The notes below the pieces were generated by a model that was not told the origin of the DNA, searched no databases, and saw only the letters and a program-made list of their open reading frames with translations. From contig JACPKQ010000010.1 of NCBI GenBank assembly GCA_016186995.1, positions 2,970-66,969 of the forward strand: a DNA stretch of 64,000 nucleotides. Reading direction: 5' to 3'. The position numbers and the translations under genes are program-made. The DNA comes from Deltaproteobacteria bacterium. Lineage in GTDB: Bacteria > Bdellovibrionota > JACOXK01. Of this stretch, positions 12,748-21,265 are shown one piece after another; positions within the stretch are counted from its first letter, which is position 1; each line of letters begins with the position of its first letter.

Positions 12748-12853
12748 CATTAAGTAAAAAAAGTAAATCAAATTTGTTAATAGTCAACTCATCTTTGAAA
12801 CCCCTTGAAACTCAAGCCCTCCAAGAGGTCTTTTTCAAAACATTTTTTGAATA

Positions 12854-12869
12854 TGTTTCACGTGAAACA
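12854..12869. promoter_or_regulatory. parS: parS centromere site, perfect 16-bp palindrome TGTTTCACGTGAAACA
   Basis: Exact match to the pan-bacterial parS consensus tGTTNCACGTGAAACa. It is about 100 bp upstream of parA. Confidence 0.85.
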
Positions 12870-12926
12870 TATATATTTATGATTATCCATTTGATATTTA
12901 TTTATGTTATAAAGAATATTCACGAT

Positions 12927-12942
12927 GTTTCACGTGAAACAC
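12927..12942. promoter_or_regulatory. parS: second parS site, identical TGTTTCACGTGAAACA
   Basis: Second perfect copy 73 bp from the first, in the same intergenic region. Confidence 0.85.
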
Positions 12943-13065
12943 ATGTGAGTACTCTAAACAAATAACAAATTTATTTCATATGAATGAAGAATATTCTCGT
13001 TTTATATTGTCATATTAAGATTTTAGAGTTAGCCTTTTGTTGAAGTTTTAGAAAGGAGAAGAAAA

Positions 13066-14097
13066 ATGAAAAAGTTTATGTTGTTTTTTGTTTTTTTATT
13101 AACAGTGGGGTGTTCAAAAACACAAAATCAGGAAATAAACCCAAACACTGTACTTGCCAAAGTTGAGGGTGAGGACATTAAATGGAAAGATGTAGAGAAT
13201 GAGCTCGGAACACAGCTTGCTTATATGGAACAGAAGTACCAAGAAAGTGTTTATAATACAAAAAAGCAGTATCTTGAAAGGCATATTGGAGATTTGATCC
13301 TTAAAAAAGAGGCGGACAAAGAAAAAATAACCCCTGAGGAGCTCTTAAATCGTGAAACTTCTCAAGGAACTACAATATCAGACAAAGAAGTAGAAGATTT
13401 TTATAAACAAAACGAAGCTTTTTTAAAATCTCGCTTTCCTGGTGATAAAAAGCCTGAGTTAATATCAAAAATTAAGGTTGGTTTAGGTAATCAACGTAAA
13501 GCACAAGCCCACCAAGACTATATTGAGCGTCTTAAAGAAAAATATAAGGTTGAATTTTTAATTCAAGCTCCACGCATTGAGGTAAGCGCTGATGATGATC
13601 CTTATCTTGGGAGTAAAAATGCAAAAGTTACCATTATAGAGTTTTCTGACTTTACATGTCCTTATTGTTCTCAAGCAGCCAAAACTGTAAGAACAGTTAT
13701 GAGCGATCCTAAATATCAAAATAACGTTAAATTGGTTTATAGAGACTCTCCAACAGATAGAAGACCAGCGTCTTTTCCAGCTGCCTTGGCTGCACAATGT
13801 GCTTTTGAGCAAAATAAGTTCTGGGAATACCACGACATAGTATTTGAAAACCAAGCTCGTCTCAGTGTTGATGTTCTTAAAGAGTTTGCCCAAAGTGTTG
13901 GGCTTGATATGAACCAATTCAATGCTTGTCTTGATACCAAAAAATACGATGCTGAGGTTAATAAAGACCTTAGAGATGGGTTTAAGGCTGGTATTTCTGG
14001 TACACCCACTTTCTTTATCAATGGAAAGATGGCTCAAATACCACCAGGTGATGCGGGTGCTCAAGTACTTAAAAAGTTGATCGATGAAGAGCTTTAA
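13066..14097 (+). CDS. DsbA-family thiol:disulfide oxidoreductase lipoprotein with an N-terminal chaperone-like domain
   Basis: Lipoprotein signal MKKFMLFFVFLLTVGCS. Thioredoxin-fold active site FSDFTCPYCSQ (CPYC) in the C-terminal half. RBS aaaggagaag upstream. Confidence 0.75.
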   Translation: MKKFMLFFVFLLTVGCSKTQNQEINPNTVLAKVEGEDIKWKDVENELGTQLAYMEQKYQESVYNTKKQYLERHIGDLILKKEADKEKITPEELLNRETSQGTTISDKEVEDFYKQNEAFLKSRFPGDKKPELISKIKVGLGNQRKAQAHQDYIERLKEKYKVEFLIQAPRIEVSADDDPYLGSKNAKVTIIEFSDFTCPYCSQAAKTVRTVMSDPKYQNNVKLVYRDSPTDRRPASFPAALAAQCAFEQNKFWEYHDIVFENQARLSVDVLKEFAQSVGLDMNQFNACLDTKKYDAEVNKDLRDGFKAGISGTPTFFINGKMAQIPPGDAGAQVLKKLIDEEL

Positions 14098-14754
14098 TTA
14101 ACAAATAGAATAGATAGCTCTTGGATATTTTTGATCAAAGGCGTGTTCTATTTCTTTGTTAAGATGGTAAATATTTTCAAAAGTGTTTTCTTGTTCAGCT
14201 TTGTTGAAAGATCTTCCTGTATATAAAAATATTTTTCCATTTTCTGATAAAAATGCTTTTAGAAAATCGATCATTTCTTTATTCGGTTTAATAGCTCTAA
14301 AAAGAATAATGTCCACTTTTTTACCCTTTAAAAAAAAATCTAAATCCGCCCTAGCTTTCCAATCTATATGAATATTCGTTGAATAGGCTTTTTTAAAACC
14401 CAACGTTCTCATGACTTGTTTTTGAAAAAATACTTTTTTTTCTTTTGCATCCACCGAAAAGAGCACCAAAGAAGGATTTGCGATTTTTAAAGGTATCCCT
14501 GGAAACCCAGCTCCAGAGCCAATATCCAAACATGTTCTTTTTCCTTGTATAAGTGAAAAACCAAGGAGCGAGTCTGCAAAGTGTTTTTGAATGATTTCTT
14601 CTTCTTCCTCTATACTTGAGAGATTAATCTTGACCACCCACTTTTTATAAATATGCAGGTATTGAAAAAACTGTTTCAATTGTTTTTCATCAAGAGAAAC
14701 GTTTATCTCTGAGCATAATTTTAAAAGTTTTTTAGAAAATTCTTCAAAGCTCAT
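14098..14754 (-). CDS. rsmG: 16S rRNA m7G527 methyltransferase RsmG (GidB)
   Basis: SAM-binding LDIGSGAGFPGIPLKI. 218 aa. Confidence 0.9.
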   Translation of the reverse strand: MSFEEFSKKLLKLCSEINVSLDEKQLKQFFQYLHIYKKWVVKINLSSIEEEEEIIQKHFADSLLGFSLIQGKRTCLDIGSGAGFPGIPLKIANPSLVLFSVDAKEKKVFFQKQVMRTLGFKKAYSTNIHIDWKARADLDFFLKGKKVDIILFRAIKPNKEMIDFLKAFLSENGKIFLYTGRSFNKAEQENTFENIYHLNKEIEHAFDQKYPRAIYSIC

Positions 14755-15105
14755 TATAACTATTTATACACCACCACCCCCTCAGAACCAAGGTTATCAT
14801 TAAAAAGAATACTAATCCCTGTAGATTCGGTCCAGAATAACAAAACAACACAAAGTCACCTAGTATGTTTTGAAGGCCGTCTCGGAAGCCTAAGCGGGCC
14901 CTAGGCTTTTATGAATCATTTTTTAGTTTCACAAAAATGATTCATAAAAAAGTTACTCCTGTAGTTAAGTTAGCCTTTCCTATACAGTAAAAAAGAGCGA
15001 AGGCTGAGAGGCGTGCGACATTTTTCTCGCAGGGAAAAATGATCGCTGTGCCTGAGAAATATACTAGGTGATTTTGTGTAAACTGGCTATTTTTAAAATT
15101 AAAAA

Positions 15106-16989
15106 TTATTTTAACTTCCTTTGCTCAAAAGACCGTTTTTTTAAGTAGATCATAAGATTTGTCATGGCAGAGGGGGTTACACCTGAAATACGACTTGCTT
15201 GGCCCAGAGAGGCGGGTTTTACTTTTTCAAGTTTTTCAATGACCTCACGTGAAAAACCAGGGATATTCGAATAAATAAAATCTTTTGGAATTCTTAAAGA
15301 TTCTAATTTTTTAAACTGCTGAATTGATTCTTCTTGTTTTTCAATATATCCTTTAAACTTAATATCAATTTCAAGTTCTTTTCCGACTGAACCATCACAA
15401 ATATTAACATCAAACAAAGAAAGGTTCTCATAACCTATTTCAGGCCTTCTTAAAAGCTCTTCAAGACTTATCATTTTTTTTGGAGTAGCTGTTTTGATCT
15501 TTTCAAGTTTTAAAATGTTTTCATTTGAAGGAGAAATTTTTGTTTCTTTTATTTTCTTTCTAAGTTCATCCAAGCTTTCTTTTCTTTTTTCAAAAACATT
15601 CCAACGGTCATCTCGGATAAGCCCTATTTCCCGCGCCTTTTCTGTAAGTCTTAAATCAGCGTTTCCTTCCCTTAAAAGCAAGCGGTACTCAGCGCGAGAA
15701 GTCATCATCCTATAAGGATCTTCTACACCCTTAGTAATAAGATCATCAATAAGGACACCAATATAAGCTTGTGATCGATCTAAAATAAACGGCTCTTTTC
15801 CTTTACAATGTAAAGCTGCATTAATACCCGCCACAAGCCCCTGGGCCGCAGCTTCTTCATAACCACTTGTCCCATTAATTTGACCAGCCAAATAAAGACC
15901 CTCCACTTGTTTTGTTTCAAGCGTTGGTTTTAACTGAGTAGGCTTTGCGTAGTCATACTCAACAGCATATCCAGTTCTTGTCATTTCAACGTTTTCTAAC
16001 CCTGAAATCGATCTTAAAAGTTCTATTTGAACATCAACAGGAAGCGAGGTTGAAGCTCCATTAATATAAACCTCAGTTGTATTAAGTCCCATAGGCTCTA
16101 AAAAAATCTGGTGTCTTTCCCTATTTGAAAAACGAACAATTTTATCTTCTATAGAAGGGCAATACCGTGGGCCTGTAGATTTAATAATACCAGCATAAAG
16201 CGGGGACTTGTGAAGATTTTTTCTAATAATTTCATGTGTTTGGGTGTTTGTATAAGTAATAAAACAGGATACTTGGGGTTGTGGAAGGGTTTTTGTCAAA
16301 AAAGAAAATGGGGTTGGATTTTTGTCCCCGGGTTGTTCTAAACACTTTGAGTAGTCAATGGTAAGTCCATCAAGTCGTGGGGGGGTTCCTGTTTTAAACC
16401 GACCTAATTCTATTCCTAAAGAAGTCAAACATTGTGAAATACCACCACTTGTTCCTTCCCCAGCTCTTCCACCACTTTTACTTTTAGTTCCAACGTGTAA
16501 AAGGCCATTCATAAAAGTTCCTGTTGTAATGATGATACATCGTGAAAAAAAAGTTTCTCCAATATTTGTTTTAACTCCTTTCACTTGATCATTTTTAATC
16601 AAAAGCCCTTCAACAATTTGTTGTTTAAGAAAAAGGTTCTCTTGTTTTTCCAAAACAGATTTCATTCTGAGAGCATAAAGGTATTTATCAGACTGACATC
16701 GAGAAGATTGAACAGCAGCCCCTTTGCGTGTGTTAAGTTGTCGAAACTGAATACCTGTTGCGTCTGCATTAAGCCCCATCTCTCCACCCAACGCATCAAT
16801 TTCTTTAACAAGATGCCCCTTACCCAGACCCCCAATGGCTGGGTTACAACTCATGGCAGCAACAACCTCAATATTCATGGTAAGAACAAGCGTTTTTAAA
16901 CCTAATCGAGCCCCCGCAAGCGCAGCTTCACACCCTGCATGCCCCGCCCCAACAACAATAACATCATATTGATTGGAATAAATCGCCAT
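15106..16989 (-). CDS. mnmG: tRNA uridine-5-carboxymethylaminomethyl synthesis enzyme MnmG (GidA)
   Basis: FAD motif YDVIVVGAGHAGCEAALAGARLG. 627 aa. Confidence 0.95.
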   Translation of the reverse strand: MAIYSNQYDVIVVGAGHAGCEAALAGARLGLKTLVLTMNIEVVAAMSCNPAIGGLGKGHLVKEIDALGGEMGLNADATGIQFRQLNTRKGAAVQSSRCQSDKYLYALRMKSVLEKQENLFLKQQIVEGLLIKNDQVKGVKTNIGETFFSRCIIITTGTFMNGLLHVGTKSKSGGRAGEGTSGGISQCLTSLGIELGRFKTGTPPRLDGLTIDYSKCLEQPGDKNPTPFSFLTKTLPQPQVSCFITYTNTQTHEIIRKNLHKSPLYAGIIKSTGPRYCPSIEDKIVRFSNRERHQIFLEPMGLNTTEVYINGASTSLPVDVQIELLRSISGLENVEMTRTGYAVEYDYAKPTQLKPTLETKQVEGLYLAGQINGTSGYEEAAAQGLVAGINAALHCKGKEPFILDRSQAYIGVLIDDLITKGVEDPYRMMTSRAEYRLLLREGNADLRLTEKAREIGLIRDDRWNVFEKRKESLDELRKKIKETKISPSNENILKLEKIKTATPKKMISLEELLRRPEIGYENLSLFDVNICDGSVGKELEIDIKFKGYIEKQEESIQQFKKLESLRIPKDFIYSNIPGFSREVIEKLEKVKPASLGQASRISGVTPSAMTNLMIYLKKRSFEQRKLK

Positions 16990-16990
16990 A

Positions 16991-18379
16991 TTACTTTCCT
17001 ATACAAAATTCTGAAAAAATTTTTTGAATGACCTCTTCAGAGGTTGTTTCTCCAGTTATTTCTCCTAAAAGATGGAGCGCCTCACTAACATCACAAGCTA
17101 AATATTCTAAAGAAATTTTATTTTGAATACCTTCTTTTAAAGATTGAATTTTTTCGTTTGTTTTTTCGAGAATTTCATAGTGTCTTTGGTGTGTGACTAT
17201 AAATTCCGCATCGTTTATTTCTTTTTCTAGATAATTTTCTTTTAAAAATCTCTTTAGTTCATCAATACCCTCGCCACTTTTAGCTGAAACATAAAAACTG
17301 TTTTGGAAAAATATTTGTGGGGTGTTTCTTTTTCCAAGATCAGCTTTATTCAAAAGAAGGACACAGTGTTCTTTCTTATCATGCAGCCATGTTAAAATTT
17401 CGTGATCTTCTTTTTGAAAATCTTCATGTGCATGAACAACAACAAAAATAATATCTGCAGAATTTATGGCTTTTTTTGTTCTTTCAATACCCTGCTTTTC
17501 AACTACATCTTCTGTTTTGTGAACACCTGCTGTATCAAGAATTTCTATTTCGCTTTGATCAAAAAATACGGTTTCATAGAGCACATCTCGTGTTGTCCCA
17601 GGAACTTCTGTCACAATAGCCCTTTCCTCATTTAAAAAGGCATTAAATAAACTTGATTTACCTACATTGGGCTTTCCTACAAAAACAACTTTTAAACCCT
17701 GCATTAATTTTTGGTTTTGTTTATACGATGTAGTAAGCCCTTCAACTTTTTTTTGAAGGTTTTCAGTTTTATTCAAAAGAAATCCATCTTGAGAAAACTC
17801 CTTAACATCTCCCTCTGTTTCAAAATCAAGGTGTGCTTCAATATGAGAAAGCGTTTGCACGAGCGCCTCTTTAAGTTCTTTAAGAATGCCAAAAAACTCT
17901 CCTTTGAGTTGTTTGTGAGCAAGCTTTCTTGTTAGAGAAGACTTTGAGTGAATAAGTCCTGAAACAGCCTCGGCTTGTGTTAAGTCCATTTTTCCATTTA
18001 AGAACGCCCTGCTTGAAAACTCTCCAGGCTTGGCAAGCCTTCCACCATTTTGAACGCAAAGATGAAGAATATCATTTAAAATATGTGGGTTCCCGTGGGC
18101 ATAAATCTCAATCATATCCTCACCTGTATAGGATTTCGGATTTTTAAAATAAGAAAGACATACTTCATCAACTCTTTCTTTTGTTTTTGGATTTTTAATT
18201 GTAGTTTTTATTATTTCATGAGACTTCAAGGGTTGTGATAACTTTGTTAGATTTTCAACAATAGCTAGCGCTTTGCTACCAGAAAGTCTTACAATGCCGA
18301 GAGCGCTCACCCCAATAGGTGTAGCTAGTGCACAAATAGTATCGTCAGTTTTATGAATTTGAGATAGGTGAAATAACAA
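16991..18379 (-). CDS. mnmE: tRNA modification GTPase MnmE (TrmE)
   Basis: TICALATPIGVSALGIVRLSG N-domain. G1 GKPNVGKSSLFNAFL. C-terminal CIGK. Confidence 0.95.
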   Translation of the reverse strand: MLFHLSQIHKTDDTICALATPIGVSALGIVRLSGSKALAIVENLTKLSQPLKSHEIIKTTIKNPKTKERVDEVCLSYFKNPKSYTGEDMIEIYAHGNPHILNDILHLCVQNGGRLAKPGEFSSRAFLNGKMDLTQAEAVSGLIHSKSSLTRKLAHKQLKGEFFGILKELKEALVQTLSHIEAHLDFETEGDVKEFSQDGFLLNKTENLQKKVEGLTTSYKQNQKLMQGLKVVFVGKPNVGKSSLFNAFLNEERAIVTEVPGTTRDVLYETVFFDQSEIEILDTAGVHKTEDVVEKQGIERTKKAINSADIIFVVVHAHEDFQKEDHEILTWLHDKKEHCVLLLNKADLGKRNTPQIFFQNSFYVSAKSGEGIDELKRFLKENYLEKEINDAEFIVTHQRHYEILEKTNEKIQSLKEGIQNKISLEYLACDVSEALHLLGEITGETTSEEVIQKIFSEFCIGK

Positions 18380-18815
18380 TTTTTTTATAACTCCCCTCTC
18401 CGATACTCTTTGTTGTTACTTGAGAATCTTCACTTAAAACTAAATGAACAATTCTTCTTTCAAAAGAGTTGAGGGGCCTCAATATAATAGTTCTATCTTC
18501 TTCTAAAGCTTTATCTCTCATCTCAAAAGCAAGTTTTTCTAAAAACTTTCTTCGTACTTCTGAGTTATCAATAGTAACACGAATCTTTTCATCTTCTTCA
18601 CAATCCTTATTAATCACGCGCCACAAAATATTTCTCAATGCTTCTGGTATAAGCGGGTTCTTGCCTAAAAGCTCTTCAGCGTCATCTCCGGTAGCTTGAA
18701 CAACCAAAGAGGTATCTTCGTTATTTTCATCGAGCTCAAAAGAAACACTATAGGCCATCCTTTTTTTAAGGCCTTCTAAAAAGTCAGCGGCTCTTTTTTT
18801 TACTTTTTCATTCAT
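18351..18815 (-). CDS. jag: Jag/KhpB-like RNA-binding protein (KH + R3H)
   Basis: C-terminal R3H motif LNSFERRIVHLVLSEDSQVTTKSIGEGSYKKIVISP. Conserved position downstream of yidC. Confidence 0.75.
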   Translation of the reverse strand: MNEKVKKRAADFLEGLKKRMAYSVSFELDENNEDTSLVVQATGDDAEELLGKNPLIPEALRNILWRVINKDCEEDEKIRVTIDNSEVRRKFLEKLAFEMRDKALEEDRTIILRPLNSFERRIVHLVLSEDSQVTTKSIGEGSYKKIVISPISNS

Positions 18816-18830
18816 TTTTCAACCTTGAGG

Positions 18831-20447
18831 TTATGCTGTGTGGACTGGTAGCTTTTTGTTAATAAGATACTGCTGTAAAAACGTCAAGACAGTGTTGCAC
18901 AAGATATAGAGGGTTAATCCTGAAGGGAGCCAAAATAAAATAACCGAAAAAATAAGTGGGGTCATCATCATCATTTTTGCTTGGGCTGGATCCCCCATTG
19001 TTGGAGTCGACTTTTGTTGAATAAACATCACAATTCCTGTTAAAATCGGGGTAATAAAATAAGGATCTTTCATAGAAAGATCTTGAATCCAAAAAATAAA
19101 AGGCGCACCCCTTAACTCAATAGAACTTCCAAAAACCCTATAAAGAGCAATAAATACAGGCATTTGAAGAAGCATGGGTAAACACCCACCCATGGGGTTT
19201 ACTTTGTTTGATTTCATGAGTTGCATAATTTCTTTGTTTAATCTTTCTTTATCATCTTTATATTTTTCTCTTATTTTTTTCATTTGGGGCTGAATTCTTT
19301 GCATTTCTCGCATGGATTTAAAACTTGTGTGGGTTAAAGGATAAAGAACAAGCTTAACCAAAATGGTTAAAAGAATAATGGCTAAGCCGTAATTTTGAAA
19401 TAAGTTATAAAGTTTTTTGAGAACCCAAAGAAGTGGCATGGCAATAAAACGAAACCACCCATAATCGATTGAATTTGCTAATGTTGATGATACAGATCCT
19501 AAAAGATCCATTTCTTTTGGTCCTTTAAAAAGAGAAAACCCAAAGAGTGTTTTTTTTTCCTGAATGGGATATTTAAGATAAGATTTAATGATGCCGTTTT
19601 CTATACCAATCCATACTTTGGGGAGGCCAAATCGATATCGAGCTTCGCCATTTTCTTCATATTGATGAACAAGTGTTGAGATAAAATACTGCTCGTCTGT
19701 TCCAACCCATAGGACTTTTGCATTGAGCTTTTCTGTAAGATCTTTTCCTTCTTGAATGCTTTCAAGATTTTCTGTGTGCAATCCACTTTCAGAGTTTGCA
19801 AATAAAACTCTCTGTACGTTTCCTTGTGGGCTAAAAAAACTTCCTTTTTGCCCCTCTAAAAAGCGATCTGTTATATAAAAATTGAGTGTTCCACTGCCCA
19901 CATCTCTTTTGGCTTCAAATAAAATTTTAACTTTGATTTGATATGTTTTTGGATCAATTTCATATTTTTTTTCTACTTTTAAATCACCATCTTCATAAAC
20001 AAAAAGAAGTGTGTTTGCTTCTTGTTGTGTAAGTTTATAAGGAAAAAGTAACTTTGTTCCTTTTTCTGATGTAAAGGTAGAACCCAAAGTTATGGTCTCC
20101 GGGGTTATTCCTTCTTGCTTTATAAGTTCATAGGGTTTTTTGTTTGAATCTAAATATTTTTTAAGCTTCCAACTTATCACACCCCCACTTTCTTTATCAA
20201 GCAGGGCTTCATAAAAATTGTTTTCTATTGTGAGGGTGTTTTTGATTTCTTTTTTTACAAAAACTTTTTCAAAAAAACCAGGCTTTTCGCTTTTCTCTGC
20301 GAGATGTGACTGTGGGGCTTCGTTTTGTACAACGCTTTCTTGTTGTGTTGTATTTTGGTTCGGCACTTCAGTGGGTTGAAAAAGTCTATACCACAAAATA
20401 AAAATGAGAAAACAAAGCACAATTGCTAAAAGACCATTTTTTTCCAT
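18831..20447 (-). CDS. yidC: membrane protein insertase YidC
   Basis: 538 aa. N-terminal TM, large periplasmic domain, C-terminal 5-TM core with the conserved Pro-rich motifs. Confidence 0.95.
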   Translation of the reverse strand: MEKNGLLAIVLCFLIFILWYRLFQPTEVPNQNTTQQESVVQNEAPQSHLAEKSEKPGFFEKVFVKKEIKNTLTIENNFYEALLDKESGGVISWKLKKYLDSNKKPYELIKQEGITPETITLGSTFTSEKGTKLLFPYKLTQQEANTLLFVYEDGDLKVEKKYEIDPKTYQIKVKILFEAKRDVGSGTLNFYITDRFLEGQKGSFFSPQGNVQRVLFANSESGLHTENLESIQEGKDLTEKLNAKVLWVGTDEQYFISTLVHQYEENGEARYRFGLPKVWIGIENGIIKSYLKYPIQEKKTLFGFSLFKGPKEMDLLGSVSSTLANSIDYGWFRFIAMPLLWVLKKLYNLFQNYGLAIILLTILVKLVLYPLTHTSFKSMREMQRIQPQMKKIREKYKDDKERLNKEIMQLMKSNKVNPMGGCLPMLLQMPVFIALYRVFGSSIELRGAPFIFWIQDLSMKDPYFITPILTGIVMFIQQKSTPTMGDPAQAKMMMMTPLIFSVILFWLPSGLTLYILCNTVLTFLQQYLINKKLPVHTA

Positions 20448-20665
20448 TATGATTTCCTTGGTACTAAATCTATACCACCTTTATGAAGCGGGTGGCACTT
20501 CAAAATCCTCTTTATACTTAAGCAAAAAGCTTTTATAAAATGAAACTCTTTAAAACACTGTTCAGAATACTCGGAACAAGAAGGGAAAAATCGACATTTT
20601 TTTCCAAAAAATGGAGAAACACAAAAACGATAAACTCGAATAATAAATAAAAAAAATAATTTCAT
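20447..20665 (-). CDS. yidD: membrane protein insertion efficiency factor YidD
   Basis: RFCVSPFFGKKCRFFPSCSEYSEQC...HPLHKGGIDLVP is the YidD signature. Confidence 0.85.
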   Translation of the reverse strand: MKLFFLFIIRVYRFCVSPFFGKKCRFFPSCSEYSEQCFKEFHFIKAFCLSIKRILKCHPLHKGGIDLVPRKS

Positions 20666-20967
20666 TATAAAGAGATTCCGCTTGCAAAATTTTCAAAATT
20701 CTTTTGACAATGTTTTAAATTAATATCTGTCGCATTTTTCTTGGCAACAATAACCATGTCAATTTCTTCAAAACGGTTTTGGTTATATCTGTAGGCCTCT
20801 TTAGTAACCCTTCGAATACGGTTTCTTATAACCGCCTTGCCTACTTTTCTACTTGTGATAATTCCTAAGCGTCCTTCACCCTTTTCCCAAAAGAAAATAA
20901 AGTTTTGAGTCAATTGTTTTTTTCCTGAAAAAAGCAATCGTTTAAAATCTCTTTTACGAGAAAGCAT
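20665..20967 (-). CDS. rnpA: RNase P protein component RnpA
   Basis: LSRKRDFKRLLFSGKK...GRLGIITSRKVGKAVIRNRIRRVTKEAYR contains the RNR motif. The start is placed at the ATG at 20967 because the longer track ORF would overlap rpmH. Confidence 0.8.
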   Translation of the reverse strand: MLSRKRDFKRLLFSGKKQLTQNFIFFWEKGEGRLGIITSRKVGKAVIRNRIRRVTKEAYRYNQNRFEEIDMVIVAKKNATDINLKHCQKNFENFASGISL

Positions 20968-20986
20968 TTTACTTTGTCTGTAAAAT

Positions 20987-21136
20987 TTATTTCTTGCTGG
21001 TTGTGGGGACAATGCTTTTTCTACCTTTACGGCGTCTTCTCCTAAGAACATTCCTCCCCCCCGGTGAACTCATTCGAGATCTAAACCCATGAGTTCTCTT
21101 TCTTTTTATTCTACTTGGCTGATAAGTTCTTTTCAT
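20987..21136 (-). CDS. rpmH: 50S ribosomal protein L34
   Basis: Manual translation of the reverse strand from ATG at 21134-21136 gives [49 protein letters not shown]. This is the canonical L34 sequence. At 49 aa it is below the size cutoff of the supplied ORF track. Confidence 0.85.
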   Translation of the reverse strand: MKRTYQPSRIKRKRTHGFRSRMSSPGGRNVLRRRRRKGRKSIVPTTSKK

Positions 21137-21265
21137 TTTATAACCCTTTAATCTAAAAGCTTTTTCTATAAAGCAATAAAGCTATTGTCAAAAAAAATCT
21201 TGCCTGTTAGATTTTCGACCTTAAGGTCACAAATGTAATGTGTTGTGCCAAAATAAGGTAACCTT

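Noticed and set aside
14755-15105. Tried to assign the rsmG-mnmG spacer to tmRNA, SRP (4.5S) RNA, RNase P RNA or 6S RNA
   Set aside because: I could not find the diagnostic motifs on either strand: the tmRNA GGGG 5' end with a ...GGTTCGAnTCC...CCACCA 3' end, the SRP domain IV GGAAGGAAGCAGCC, or the RNase P P4 AGGAAAGTCCGG. It is left as an unassigned candidate ncRNA, not a named feature.
21137-21265. Possible second DnaA-box cluster upstream of dnaA, which would form a bipartite origin
   Set aside because: No 9-mer within one mismatch of TTATCCACA was found in the rpmH-dnaA intergenic region. It appears to hold only promoters.
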